From Coraliomargarita sp. (GTDB taxonomy: Bacteria > Verrucomicrobiota > Verrucomicrobiia > Opitutales > Coraliomargaritaceae), in the NCBI GenBank assembly GCA_965216325.1, contig OZ244160.1, positions 1,472,001-1,536,000 on the forward strand: 64,000 nucleotides of DNA, in the 5' to 3' direction. Position 1 is the stretch's first letter. Every line of letters starts with the position of its first letter. Shown here piece by piece: positions 53,968-64,000 of this stretch. A program made the translations under genes and the position numbers. The notes below the pieces were generated by a model. It was given only the letters and a program-made list of their open reading frames with translations. It was not told the origin of the DNA and searched no databases.

Positions 53968-55257
53968 CTATACAGTTTCCGTTCTTTGATAGCGACTCTG
54001 CAGGGCCAATCTTTGCCGGTCCGCCATAGCAAACACCAAAGCGATACTAGACGCTTCCACCACACGAAAACCAATGGGCGAAAAAGCGTAATGCCAGAAT
54101 GCATTAAACACAATCACCACTAGAACTCCAAGCAGCGCGGGATAGGAGAGCAGACCAGTTTGAATGAATCGGACATAGAAATATAACAAATAAAGCCAGA
54201 ACAACGCACCGAGAATACCATGCGCAACCCATGCTTCCAGAATCTTTGAATGCGTCGGGATGTAACCAAAACCTCCCTTAGAAACATAGATATCCCGCAT
54301 ATGATAATCTCCCAAAACTTCCAAGGCGTGGATCCAGTATCCCTCATAGTCTAAAGCAAACGAACCATGGCCTAATAGCGGCTTATCCCAAACTGCGATC
54401 ACCCCGCCTACCGCTTCAGGGCGCCCTCTCAATAGGAGTCCCATCGGGCTTTGTGACTGTCGCTCATATTTGACCCGAGCCTTCTCACCTAACATGCCAC
54501 TAGAGGCGGTAAAAGTATACGTAAAATATAATCCCACACAGCCAACGAATCCAATACATGCTGCCAACAACATAGTAGAGAGCTTTAGCCTGAATGTCTT
54601 TGTCTTCCCGTGCTTCAGAAAACCGGTAAAAAACCACAGAATTAAGCTCACCATTATCGCAATCGCTCCAGCAGATCGAGACCCAAGCGCCAAATTCAAA
54701 AAACCTCCCAGAGAAAGCGCACAGCATACCAGACGTGGATAGCGCTCATAGAACCATGCATTAAGTATCGCCAAAAGCGCCACAAATATGTAATTATAGG
54801 TTTCCCCCCATCCATGTCCACGCACATCCCCTGCCACTTCGTCAACAACCAGACTGGACATCTTAAATACCGTAAAGCCTAAGATCACCGAAAAGAAGGC
54901 TCCGATCACGTAGTAACGCCATACCAGCGGGTTGCGCTGAAAAATGAAATATAAGGAATAGATGCACAGCCCTAAAATAATCAGGCGAACAATGCCTTTC
55001 AGCGCAAATTTCGTATAGGTATCATTGATAAAAAAATCAGAGATGCAGGCTGCAAAAATCCACAAGCCCAAAAGCACAAAGACCGTCTTCAACTGGCTAT
55101 TCCTCAGGCTATGCCCAGTAAAAAAGAAATAAGGCGCCATTGCCGATAAAAACACCTCTGAAAATGACAAGTGCGTAATGCCAATATTGACCTGCGTCAC
55201 CGCACCTAAGCCACAGACAAAGGCCAGCAAATTATGGTGAAGGGGTGAAATCCGCAT
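53968..55257 (-). CDS. Wzy polysaccharide polymerase / O-antigen ligase-like protein
   Basis: About 11 TM segments; GSRS, PLLGHG, THSKILE. Confidence 0.75.
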   Translation of the reverse strand: MRISPLHHNLLAFVCGLGAVTQVNIGITHLSFSEVFLSAMAPYFFFTGHSLRNSQLKTVFVLLGLWIFAACISDFFINDTYTKFALKGIVRLIILGLCIYSLYFIFQRNPLVWRYYVIGAFFSVILGFTVFKMSSLVVDEVAGDVRGHGWGETYNYIFVALLAILNAWFYERYPRLVCCALSLGGFLNLALGSRSAGAIAIMVSLILWFFTGFLKHGKTKTFRLKLSTMLLAACIGFVGCVGLYFTYTFTASSGMLGEKARVKYERQSQSPMGLLLRGRPEAVGGVIAVWDKPLLGHGSFALDYEGYWIHALEVLGDYHMRDIYVSKGGFGYIPTHSKILEAWVAHGILGALFWLYLLYFYVRFIQTGLLSYPALLGVLVVIVFNAFWHYAFSPIGFRVVEASSIALVFAMADRQRLALQSRYQRTETV

Positions 55258-55278
55258 AATGTTATGAGAGCGCCAAAA

Positions 55279-56700
55279 TTAACTGCGTCGGCCACGCAAA
55301 GCTAACAGTTGAGATTGAAACAACTGCACACTGTCAAAACGCATTATCCACGCGTAACAACTATAAACCATCGCTCCAACAAGAATCTCTAAAAGCAACG
55401 GCCCCCGCATCCATGCAACAATGCCATACATCAGCGCTGCGGCAGCAAAAGGTCGCGAGCTATCGCGAAAAAATGCGCGGTGCCCATAGCCAACCACACG
55501 TTTAGTCACTATCCGAGAAAAGACTGCGCCAATAAGCAACGAAGCCACCTGCCCCAATACAATCGCCGCCAAGCCGTAGTGATACGTAAGAAAGAGCACG
55601 ATAAATTGCACCAGCTTCGTAAACAATCCGACTTTGAAGAGCAATCCAGTTTGCCCCTTTGCCACAATTGCCTGCAAGTTCAAAATACCCACCACGTATA
55701 CAAACCCACCCACACACAGAGCACTCAGCAATGGCCCCACATCTGTCCACTGCGATCCCAACAGAAAGGGCACAAGTGCTTCGGAAGTGACTGCCACCCC
55801 CACCAAAATCGGAGTCATGACCTCTAACATCAAACGCATTGCCTTACGTAATGCGCTCAAGAATGCCGCAGGGTCATCCTGCAGACGTGAAAGCACCGGT
55901 AAGCCCACGCGCGCGACAACCCCTGAAATCGATAAAACAGACACCTGTTGCAGTGCCATCGCTCGATTATAATAGCCCAACTGTGCAGGCGAATACACCG
56001 ATCCGACTACAAAGACATAAATCTGTCTTCCCAGTTGGTCCAAAAACTGAAGGCCAATCAGCCCCACCGAGAAGCGCAGAAAGGAACGCATGACATTCGG
56101 GTCAAACGTAAGCGCAGGCCGCCACCGAGTGGCGATCCATGCAAATATCAATCGCGCGGCTGCCAACGCAACATGATGCCAGACCAAGGCCCAGACTCCA
56201 TAACCGGACAGCGCTAGGCTAACCCCAACAGCACCACCAAACAATAAAGCAGGCAAATTAATCAAAAAAACCTGCCGAAAAGCCATCTCCCGATAGAGAC
56301 GAGACAGCTGTATGTTATTGCTTGCGCCCAAAATCAGCACCAAGCCAGTCACACGAATCACACTCGCCAGCTCAGGCATTGCAAACCAGGCCGCCAATGT
56401 TGGCGAAACTCCACAGAGCACTAGATACGAACAGAACGCCGCTCCTGCGCTCATCCAAAAAGCAGTTGAGACATCACGCTCATTTAAGCCCTGCTTTTGA
56501 ATAACCGCATCCACTAAGCCAGCTCCCACTAGCACATTGGTAAATTGATTGAGAGATAGCGCAACCGCGACCAATCCAAAATCAGCTGGCAGCAAGAGGC
56601 GAGCGAGCACAAGCTGAACGATAAACTGCAGTCCCTGTCGTCCAAAATTATCTAGGCCATTCCAAATACCGCCCGACAATGCTTGCTTCCCTACACTCAA
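55279..56700 (-). CDS. wzx: Wzx flippase (WzxC-like)
   Basis: LARLLLPADFG, GYGVWALV, LGYYNRA, PVLSRLQDD. Confidence 0.88.
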   Translation of the reverse strand: MSVGKQALSGGIWNGLDNFGRQGLQFIVQLVLARLLLPADFGLVAVALSLNQFTNVLVGAGLVDAVIQKQGLNERDVSTAFWMSAGAAFCSYLVLCGVSPTLAAWFAMPELASVIRVTGLVLILGASNNIQLSRLYREMAFRQVFLINLPALLFGGAVGVSLALSGYGVWALVWHHVALAAARLIFAWIATRWRPALTFDPNVMRSFLRFSVGLIGLQFLDQLGRQIYVFVVGSVYSPAQLGYYNRAMALQQVSVLSISGVVARVGLPVLSRLQDDPAAFLSALRKAMRLMLEVMTPILVGVAVTSEALVPFLLGSQWTDVGPLLSALCVGGFVYVVGILNLQAIVAKGQTGLLFKVGLFTKLVQFIVLFLTYHYGLAAIVLGQVASLLIGAVFSRIVTKRVVGYGHRAFFRDSSRPFAAAALMYGIVAWMRGPLLLEILVGAMVYSCYAWIMRFDSVQLFQSQLLALRGRRS

Positions 56701-56709
56701 GATAACTGA

Positions 56710-57699
56710 TCAATTAGTCAGTGGAAACACCTTACACACCGAGCGCTTCGTAAATTGCTCCATTAGACCAGTGGCACGCTGTTGCCAACTAGGGCACGTA
56801 TAGTCTATAGAAAAATCAAAATCTGGACAATGTTCCAAAATACCAGCTTTAAAGGCACTCATATCAACACCAACCCCAGCCTTTTTCGCTTTTTGGCATA
56901 CCATCCAACACATGCGCCCTGCTGCATATAAAGCCTCCCTACATACAGCAGCATCCAAAGGTACCCCCGTATTCTTAGCATCCTCGAAGCTAAGTAAAAC
57001 AGGTAAAAAACTACTACCGTAAACATGCTCCCATTCCGCATGCTTGAATGCAATTTTACTCCAATTACCTCCATGCTGCCTATAGCAAGCAAGCGCTTCG
57101 CCATAGTAATAGAGCCCACCATGCATAGACATTCGCAGATTCAAGTACCAATCGCCGGAGCGGAGTGCATCAGATTGATACAAACTGCCAATTTTTCTAA
57201 TATCACTCATCCGATACAGCAACCCCGCTGCACACAGAAAATTCCGCCCCAACAACTTGTAGAAAAAGTCTAATTGAGATAGCTCATAGGATTTAGACCT
57301 CATTCGTCCCCATACACGATCATTTTCATCAACATATAGACAACGCGCCGATGCCATACTAAGCGTTTCGTCCCGATCAAGCACTTCGACCATCACCCTC
57401 AAAAAATCAGGTGCACAGAAATCGTCACCATCTTGTCGGTAGAAATAATCTCCATTCAATGCATGCAACTCTCGATCAATCGCTATCGTACCCCTACCAA
57501 GATTCGTTTCATTCTGTATGACTCGCACACGTGGATCATGCTTCGTCAATTCAAGAGCATGCTCGTAACTTCCATCTGTAGAGCAATCATCAATTATCAG
57601 CCATTCAAAATCGCCCATACTTTGCTTGAGCATATAGGCAACATTAGTCTCCAGAAACGGACAATGATTATAAAGTGTTGTTACTATAGAAACTTTCAC
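56710..57699 (-). CDS. Glycosyltransferase family 2
   Basis: VSIVTTLYN, IIDDCSTDGS, QDGDD; adjacent to the unusual-sugar genes. Confidence 0.85.
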   Translation of the reverse strand: MKVSIVTTLYNHCPFLETNVAYMLKQSMGDFEWLIIDDCSTDGSYEHALELTKHDPRVRVIQNETNLGRGTIAIDRELHALNGDYFYRQDGDDFCAPDFLRVMVEVLDRDETLSMASARCLYVDENDRVWGRMRSKSYELSQLDFFYKLLGRNFLCAAGLLYRMSDIRKIGSLYQSDALRSGDWYLNLRMSMHGGLYYYGEALACYRQHGGNWSKIAFKHAEWEHVYGSSFLPVLLSFEDAKNTGVPLDAAVCREALYAAGRMCWMVCQKAKKAGVGVDMSAFKAGILEHCPDFDFSIDYTCPSWQQRATGLMEQFTKRSVCKVFPLTN

Positions 57700-57758
57700 A
57701 GCGACAAATCATACTATAAATAGACGAAGGTGGTAAACCTAAATGAAGGTCTAGAAAC

Positions 57759-58421
57759 CTAACTGTGAACACGAAGAACTTGAGCTGGATTACCAACAAC
57801 CACACCTCCATCGGGAACACCTTTCAAGACCACAGAGCCCATGCCTACTACAGAATATTTTCCGATGGAGACTTTCTCGCGTATAGATGCATTCGTCCCA
57901 ACATGTGTCCCGTATCCGATGCGCACATTCGCCCCAATACATGCATTGTTCGCAATCGACACATAGTCCTCCAAGACAGTGTCATGGCCGAGAAAACTGT
58001 TCGGAAGCAAAATACAATTACTTCCAAGAGTGGTATCCGCACTCAATTGCGCCAATGGACAAATCAAAGACCCTGTACCTATTTTGCAATAGCCTTCAGG
58101 AATCACTGCTGTGGGATCGATGATGCTCAACAAGCGATCTTCCGGAATGCCCAACTGCTCCAACCTAGATGTTGTTTCACGCTCACGAGTCATTCCAATA
58201 TAGGCAATGAATACGTGTGCGTCATGCTTTTTGATCAACTCATGGACATCCTCCGATTTACCAATAACCGGATACTTCCTGAACCTGCCTATCTCAGTTC
58301 CAAAAGGAACAACATCATTAAGGAACCCCAGCATTCGATATCCTCCAATGCGATCTAAAATGGATGATGCGATCATCCCAATCCCACTACCACCCAGCAT
58401 AATTACATTTTTCATAATCAA
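57759..58421 (-). CDS. NeuD/PglD/VioB-like sugar N- or O-acyltransferase
   Basis: N-terminal Rossmann-like LGGSGIG...GFLND; hexapeptide repeats with GHD; VVGNPA. Confidence 0.85.
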   Translation of the reverse strand: MIMKNVIMLGGSGIGMIASSILDRIGGYRMLGFLNDVVPFGTEIGRFRKYPVIGKSEDVHELIKKHDAHVFIAYIGMTRERETTSRLEQLGIPEDRLLSIIDPTAVIPEGYCKIGTGSLICPLAQLSADTTLGSNCILLPNSFLGHDTVLEDYVSIANNACIGANVRIGYGTHVGTNASIREKVSIGKYSVVGMGSVVLKGVPDGGVVVGNPAQVLRVHS

Positions 58422-58612
58422 TTTTAGTTTTCGGCGCTGCCTTTATCTGCCATCATCAAACGCTACTTCAACATCGCTATAATCTTTATTCTCTGCCCCG
58501 CCGTCATATCAAACCAAGCTACGGCATCCAACATATTGCGTAGGCATCGACGACATAGGTCCGTACCTTGTCCAATTTGCACAACTTCACGCAAGGATTC
58601 ATAGAACGAGAA

Positions 58613-59545
58613 TCAACCTCCATGTTTTCTTTCCGCAAGTGCGATACGCTCAGCCTTAGCCAACACCTTATTCGCACGCTTCAGCATCGGCGGCCCCACC
58701 AACTTCCCATCCAACAAAGTCGTCCCCTGCCCCTTTTCGCTACTTTCACGAATGGCTTCAATAATACGCTTGGCCTCTTCAACCTCCTCACTTGAGGGCG
58801 AGAAGACTTCATTGGCGACATCAATCTGGGTCGGATGCAGCAGCAACTGTCCTGAAAACCCTAATTCACGGGCCTGTTCAACCTCCCTTCGAAAGCCTTC
58901 CGCATTACGAATATCCAGATAAGGCGTATCCAAAACATCGATATGCGCCGAGCGAGCTGCGATCACAATCAACGAGCGCGGCACTATCAAACTGGTCCCG
59001 TGCTCCTTATGCAAACCATCCAGATCGGTGAGATAATCTTCCCCGCCAAAAGCCAACCCGATCATACGCTCAGAAGCGGTGGCAATCTGATGCGCACGTA
59101 GAATCGCCGAACCCATTTCAATAAGGGGCAGCATTTTAAACTTACCAATTTCAAAGCCAAGATCGTGCTCGTACTGGCTCAACAGCTTATCAAAGTAAAT
59201 GATATCGTTTTCATCCCTTACCTTGGTAAACATGAAACCATCCGTGTTGGCATGCAGGGTGGCCTCCAAATCCTTTGTGAGCATTCCCGAATCGATATCA
59301 TTCACACGAATAAAGGTCTGCTGTGGGAATTTATTGGCATCGAGATACTCCCGGACAAACGTCCGCGCATCTGCCTTGCAGGGGGGCGGCACCGAGTCCT
59401 CCAAATCCAGGAGAATGGCATCGGACCGGAAGGAAACAGCCTTATCCAGGAATTTCCTCGTATATCCGGGAACGAACATCGCACTGCGCAAGCTGCCCCG
59501 GGGCGTAGACTGATTAGATGATTCCATAGTGCTTCGCATATTCAA
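58613..59545 (-). CDS. CitE/HpcH-family CoA-ester lyase (copy 1)
   Basis: RSAMFVPG, LDLEDSV, IRVN, LIE, FGGEDY, HPTQI, DGKLVGPP. Confidence 0.88.
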   Translation of the reverse strand: MNMRSTMESSNQSTPRGSLRSAMFVPGYTRKFLDKAVSFRSDAILLDLEDSVPPPCKADARTFVREYLDANKFPQQTFIRVNDIDSGMLTKDLEATLHANTDGFMFTKVRDENDIIYFDKLLSQYEHDLGFEIGKFKMLPLIEMGSAILRAHQIATASERMIGLAFGGEDYLTDLDGLHKEHGTSLIVPRSLIVIAARSAHIDVLDTPYLDIRNAEGFRREVEQARELGFSGQLLLHPTQIDVANEVFSPSSEEVEEAKRIIEAIRESSEKGQGTTLLDGKLVGPPMLKRANKVLAKAERIALAERKHGG

Positions 59546-60350
59546 AAATGTGTTTAAGTTTCTTTAGTTTTGGTGGTGATAAAATTTCTCCACCTTCGGA
59601 AATGTAACCGGTGTCTCCATCGTTATAGGCAAAGAAGGTTTCGCAACGCTGAGCTTGTGCGATTAGCTCTTCGTCTGGTGAGAACACCTTATTGATACAA
59701 ACAATCTGTTGAGGATGGATCGAGAACTTCCCTGTCAGGCCTGTCGACTTGGCCCATACAGTCTCATCGTGCAAACGCACTCCCCCGGTTAAGTCGGTTG
59801 ATATGGTATCGATGGCCTCAACCCCAGAAGCCATCGCCTGCAAGGCAATGTCGGCTTGAACACGCCGGACGAGCCCCTCCAGCTCAGTGGTCTGATAGAT
59901 ACACTCGGATAGAAAATCCTCCAAGCCGAGGCCGATCCCCTTCAATACATTCAATCCGAGGATCGAATTCAACTCCACCAAACCACTGGGACTTTCTATA
60001 AGTCCGATGACGTTCCTTCCAGTTTCAATGCCGTAGTCATCGTATTGCCTCTGCAAATGCGTCCCGGATTCAATTTTTGGCAACACCACGCCAATGTCTG
60101 GAAACCGCCCCAGGAACTCGCGCTCATAGTCCGCAATCCAGCCATCACTGCCATTGAGACGCACGTAAAATCGCGACACTTCCTTCTCCTCATCCAGCCA
60201 ACGAGTGAGAAATGCAAGGGCAACCCGCTTCTCTGCATTCGGGACGGCATCTTCCAAGTCGAAGATATAACGGTCTGCCCCCAGGGCAGCGGAGCGGTCA
60301 AACAACTTCGGCTTATTGGCCGGGATAAAGTGGTATGAGCGACTATGCAT
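59514..60350 (-). CDS. CitE/HpcH-family CoA-ester lyase (copy 2, divergent)
   Basis: SYHFIPA, FDLEDAV, LPKIE, LIESP, GLEDF, IHPQQI. Confidence 0.8.
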   Translation of the reverse strand: MHSRSYHFIPANKPKLFDRSAALGADRYIFDLEDAVPNAEKRVALAFLTRWLDEEKEVSRFYVRLNGSDGWIADYEREFLGRFPDIGVVLPKIESGTHLQRQYDDYGIETGRNVIGLIESPSGLVELNSILGLNVLKGIGLGLEDFLSECIYQTTELEGLVRRVQADIALQAMASGVEAIDTISTDLTGGVRLHDETVWAKSTGLTGKFSIHPQQIVCINKVFSPDEELIAQAQRCETFFAYNDGDTGYISEGGEILSPPKLKKLKHIFEYAKHYGII

Positions 60351-60813
60351 TCCGCTTCGGAATCAAGACTCTCCGACGAAATGTCAGAATTTTCTCATCC
60401 CGCTGATTGTAAGCGCGCGTCTCGACATAAACAATACCACGGTCATTCCGGCTTTTAGATTCACGCATCTCAATCACTTCGGTCTCGGCACGAATCGTAT
60501 CTCCGATGTGAACAGGGGCATCATGATTTACGCCTTCATAGGCCAGATTCGCAACCGCTCGTCCGCTAATGTCGGCAACGGTCAAACCAACCACAAGAGA
60601 GAAAACCAACGTCCCAACAACGAGAACCTGACCGTGTTGCGCCTTGCTGGCGTAATCCTGGTCCAAGTGAACCGGATGATGGTTCATGGTAAGTAGTGAA
60701 AAAAGATTGTTATCACTCTCTGTAATTGTCTTGCGGACACTATGCTGGTACACTGCTCCTGCAGCAAAATCTTCAAGGCAACGACCAAATGATATGGCTA
60801 CATTCTTATCCAT
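60343..60813 (-). CDS. MaoC-family (R)-enoyl-CoA hydratase/dehydratase
   Basis: GRCLEDF, TITESDNNLFSLLTMNHHPVH (D-x9-H hydratase-type motif), PVHIGDT. Confidence 0.88.
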   Translation of the reverse strand: MDKNVAISFGRCLEDFAAGAVYQHSVRKTITESDNNLFSLLTMNHHPVHLDQDYASKAQHGQVLVVGTLVFSLVVGLTVADISGRAVANLAYEGVNHDAPVHIGDTIRAETEVIEMRESKSRNDRGIVYVETRAYNQRDEKILTFRRRVLIPKRNA

Positions 60814-60839
60814 ATTAGTTATATTATTTATTCTATTAA

Positions 60840-61925
60840 TTAACTTGCAGAGACGACGTCACCAATACTCTCAACATCCTTAGCGCTTAAGTCCAGATAC
60901 AACGGCAAGCACAATATGCGATTAGAGACATCCTCAGAGATTGGCATTGTTGAAGCGTCAACGATGCGCTCCAAAGTATTGACCGAGGGGTAGAAGTAAC
61001 GACGTGGGTATACCTGAATTGCATTCAAAGCCGCTTCCGCCCGAAGTAAGTGTTCTTCCGAATCAAAAAGAACCGGGAAGTAGGAATAATTTGGTTCGCC
61101 CAACTTAAGGTTTTGAAAACCCAGCCCCTGACACTCTAAAAGCGCATTACGATAGCGAAAATACTTCTCCTTTCGATCCCGAAGCACTTCGTCACCATAC
61201 TTCAAGTTAGCAATACCGAGCGCAGCGTGCACTTCGGTCATCTTACCATTAAAGCCATCCTCAACAATCTCTTTAGCCTCATCATGACCGAAGAAGCGGA
61301 TACGCTGAAGCTTTTTATTCAACTCAATGTCGGTTGTAATACATCCCCCACCTTCAGCGGTGTTCAAAAGTTTCGTTGCATGCAGGCTGGTTGCTGAGAT
61401 ATCGCCGAACTCCAACAGACTGCGGTCTTTATATTTAGAACCGACCGCATGAGCCGCATCGTAGATGACCTTCAGATTGTGCTTCCGCGCAATTCCTTCG
61501 ATTGCGTCCACATCACAAGGGTTACCAAATACGTGGACCGGCATAATCGCCACTGTTTTGTCGGTAATTGCGGCTTCGATCTTAGCAGGATCGATATTAA
61601 ATGTATCTGCCTCAATATCGCAGAAAACCGGTGTGCAACCCTCCCACTTGATCGCACTTAATGTCGCAACCCAAGTAAATGGCGTAGTTATGATCTCCCC
61701 TCTCAACTCAAGCGCCTTGATTGCCATCTGAATAGCAATCGTTCCGTTGCTAACAGCGGTGAAGTGTGTAAGCCCGAGCCACTGACACATCTCGCGTTCA
61801 AAGCGCTGTACCATCGGTCCGTTGTGAGTCAAAATTCCGCTAGCCCAGACTTGCTCGAGCAATGCAGCATATTCTTCCAGCGGAGCCAGTGAGGGCTGGG
61901 TCACATAAATGGGCAGATCATTCAT
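60840..61925 (-). CDS. DegT/DnrJ/EryC1 sugar aminotransferase (VioA-like)
   Basis: SGILTHNGP, SNGT, YDAAHA, PLP lysine in SLHATK, RRYFYPS. Confidence 0.9.
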   Translation of the reverse strand: MNDLPIYVTQPSLAPLEEYAALLEQVWASGILTHNGPMVQRFEREMCQWLGLTHFTAVSNGTIAIQMAIKALELRGEIITTPFTWVATLSAIKWEGCTPVFCDIEADTFNIDPAKIEAAITDKTVAIMPVHVFGNPCDVDAIEGIARKHNLKVIYDAAHAVGSKYKDRSLLEFGDISATSLHATKLLNTAEGGGCITTDIELNKKLQRIRFFGHDEAKEIVEDGFNGKMTEVHAALGIANLKYGDEVLRDRKEKYFRYRNALLECQGLGFQNLKLGEPNYSYFPVLFDSEEHLLRAEAALNAIQVYPRRYFYPSVNTLERIVDASTMPISEDVSNRILCLPLYLDLSAKDVESIGDVVSAS

Positions 61926-61927
61926 AA

Positions 61928-62908
61928 TTAATCGCGAGCTTTGATGAAAACTTCCTCAATCAGACGTGCTTGATTTATATTTTGTAGGTATTCCAATTCC
62001 CGGTCAGTGGAATCTCCGACAAGACCATGAAAATGTCGAAGCATATTCTCGAAATGATTGGCCGGCTCAACAGAGATCACTTCCCTTTCCATACCACACT
62101 CAATAACCAATTCGGCCGAATAGTTGGGAGGTGCGGTGAACAAGCGGTTGGTCGTCAGTCGCCCCTTGCTGCCCCAGAGTTCCAAGCTGCATTGATACTG
62201 CTGATCAAAACCGAATGCGACCTCGGAAAAGAGAGGACCATTCTGTTGTTTCAAGTAGCCCCCCCCCCAGACATCAACCTCGCAATCGTCACCTTTCACC
62301 AGATTAGCCGCAGCCACAGTCAGATCTGAACCGAGAATGATCTGTGATACTTTCAGTGTATAGGCCCCGGCATCCAAGAGAGCACCACCGCCCAAGGCGT
62401 GATCATAGCGAATGTTATCGGCATCGGAAAAAGGAGGAAATCCGAAGGAACTGCGTACACAGCGCAACTGACCAATACGACCAGATTCCAGAATATCCTG
62501 AATGGCCTTTAGCTGTGGGTGGCAGCGAAACTGAAAGTTTTCAACCAAGGCTAGGTTCTTGGAGGCCGCGAGTTGATTCAGGCGGGTAACATCTGTCACA
62601 GTGCATGCGAGGGATTTCTCCACCAACACATGCAAGCCACGATTCAAGGCTTTTTCAATCCACTCCGCGTGCAAACCATTCGGCAAGGGAATATAAACCG
62701 CGTCGAGATCAGCGAACTCAAGTAGTGTCTCGTATCCCACAAATGGAGTGACCCCGAACTGCTCCGCGAATGGCAACGCAGTGGATTCACTTCGACTGGC
62801 CACACCGATCAGCTTGAACAAGTCGGGCAACTGTTGGATAGCTGGAATCACAGAGCGCCGGGCAATCTGCGCACAACCAATAACACCAATATTTAGCGGT
62901 TTCATCAT
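61928..62908 (-). CDS. Gfo/Idh/MocA oxidoreductase, probable NDP-hexose 3-ketoreductase
   Basis: GCAQIARRSVIPA, YIPLPNGLHAEW, HVLVEKS, GGGALLDAGAY; directly follows the 2,3-dehydratase. Confidence 0.8.
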   Translation of the reverse strand: MMKPLNIGVIGCAQIARRSVIPAIQQLPDLFKLIGVASRSESTALPFAEQFGVTPFVGYETLLEFADLDAVYIPLPNGLHAEWIEKALNRGLHVLVEKSLACTVTDVTRLNQLAASKNLALVENFQFRCHPQLKAIQDILESGRIGQLRCVRSSFGFPPFSDADNIRYDHALGGGALLDAGAYTLKVSQIILGSDLTVAAANLVKGDDCEVDVWGGGYLKQQNGPLFSEVAFGFDQQYQCSLELWGSKGRLTTNRLFTAPPNYSAELVIECGMEREVISVEPANHFENMLRHFHGLVGDSTDRELEYLQNINQARLIEEVFIKARD

Positions 62909-62918
62909 AAACTAGGAA

Positions 62919-64000
62919 TTAGACGAAGCGAATGGCAGCAATGAGGCTACGAGCTTGAATGTTAAATACGTTACTAGCGCGTAATAATCCATGGATCTGA
63001 TGGAGCGTCATCCAAACAAAGTTGTCGGGCAGCTCGTCACTGAAGTCATCTTCTGCGAGAACAATACAGTTACGATTATCATCACGGTAGAAACGGCCAC
63101 CCTCTTCCGCCTGAATCGCATCATAGACCAATTGATGCGGCTTTGCATTTAAGACATAGGATTCAAATGGATTATGGTCAATTGGCGCACCATCCGTGCC
63201 GCGACCTTCCAGCGATTGGACCGTCGGAGCGAATTCGAACGCATCATGATTTCCACACTCCATCTTCAATTGTACCGCGAAATGAAGAACTCCTTCGATC
63301 TGTTTGCAGATGAAGGCGCATAAGCCGGCTTGTGCGGGTTCGACCATCGGCTGCGTCCAAGACTGCACTTCCCGCCCTTCAATATTCACATCGACCGCAA
63401 TGACCCGAAAATAGCAACCCGCATCGTGAGCAATTACGGAATCACCAAAAGTCCAGTGCTCCAATTTATCTAACGATACTTTTCGAAGAGATACATCCTC
63501 CGTGCTCTTCAGGTGAGTGAGCCTCGAAATGATTTGCTCGTAGCTGTTAACGGCATGATCCGCTTGTTGGCAAGAAAGGAGGAAACGTTGGTAAATCGGC
63601 TCCGAAGAAGATTGGGCGATCTCCAAAGGGTCTTGCACTGTCCCGAAATGAATGCCTGAAAGCACCGTGCGAGAATCCATATTGATGAGATTGTCATGCC
63701 CCATCAGCACTTTCAACTGTCCGAGGGTGAGCCACTTAAAATTCTCATGAACTTCGATGGGTGCATCAACCCTGATGATGATGTTGCGATTACGCTTTCC
63801 CAGAAATCTAGAGCCTTGTTCCGACTGGAGTTGATCCAGCAATATTTGCTCAGGCTTGGCCTGTTGAAAATACTCCAGATAGAGCGGCGCGCGCCCCTTG
63901 TGTATGCGACTGTAATTACTACGAGTTGCCTGTAAGGTCGGCGAAAGCTGGAAGATATTTGAATTGCCCGGCTCGATCTTGGCCTGCGTCAGGAAATGGA
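62919..64000 (-). CDS. NDP-hexose 2,3-dehydratase (EvaA/OleV-like), partial (runs off right edge)
   Basis: Frame open to the window end: HFLTQAKIEPGN...QLSPTLQATRSNY...LQSEQGSRF...KRNRN; second repeat PTVQ...AEEGGRFY, NIQARSL. Confidence 0.88.
   Translation of the reverse strand, partial: HFLTQAKIEPGNSNIFQLSPTLQATRSNYSRIHKGRAPLYLEYFQQAKPEQILLDQLQSEQGSRFLGKRNRNIIIRVDAPIEVHENFKWLTLGQLKVLMGHDNLINMDSRTVLSGIHFGTVQDPLEIAQSSSEPIYQRFLLSCQQADHAVNSYEQIISRLTHLKSTEDVSLRKVSLDKLEHWTFGDSVIAHDAGCYFRVIAVDVNIEGREVQSWTQPMVEPAQAGLCAFICKQIEGVLHFAVQLKMECGNHDAFEFAPTVQSLEGRGTDGAPIDHNPFESYVLNAKPHQLVYDAIQAEEGGRFYRDDNRNCIVLAEDDFSDELPDNFVWMTLHQIHGLLRASNVFNIQARSLIAAIRFV

Overview
A 64-kb bacterial chromosomal window. 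Gene content and repeat style suggest a Verrucomicrobiota/Opitutae-like genome, but this is an inference. The left ~38 kb is mostly backbone: lptF-like (partial), pyrE, a larE/larC/larB nickel-pincer cofactor set with no larA, a fused gcvPA-PB divergent from gcvT, an ECF sigma/anti-sigma/HtrA-like operon whose protease lacks all three catalytic residues, galE, a FabF-ACP-phytoene-desaturase-like trio, an amber-interrupted REP-associated tyrosine transposase (RAYT) flanked by its REPINs, a GH63-like glycosidase, a DAACS-SBP fusion, HIT, a PiT-like/PstS-like pair, a K+ channel, a Fur-boxed TonB receptor with ABC transporter and Fur regulator, a histidine kinase, a four-helix-bundle gene enclosed in inverted hexamer repeats, and coaB. 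The right ~26 kb is a minus-strand Wzx/Wzy surface-polysaccharide locus interrupted by three toxin-antitoxin modules. The main observations are: (1) REP and short-tandem-repeat elements inserted in frame inside several intact proteins, and nested inside one another; (2) a TA cassette bracketed by a 36-bp duplication of a glycosyltransferase 3' end; (3) a natural-product-type 2-deoxy amino sugar pathway coupled to MaoC, two CitE-like lyases and an acyltransferase inside the polysaccharide locus; (4) the pseudo-protease in the ECF operon. No tRNA, rRNA or CRISPR array was recognised.
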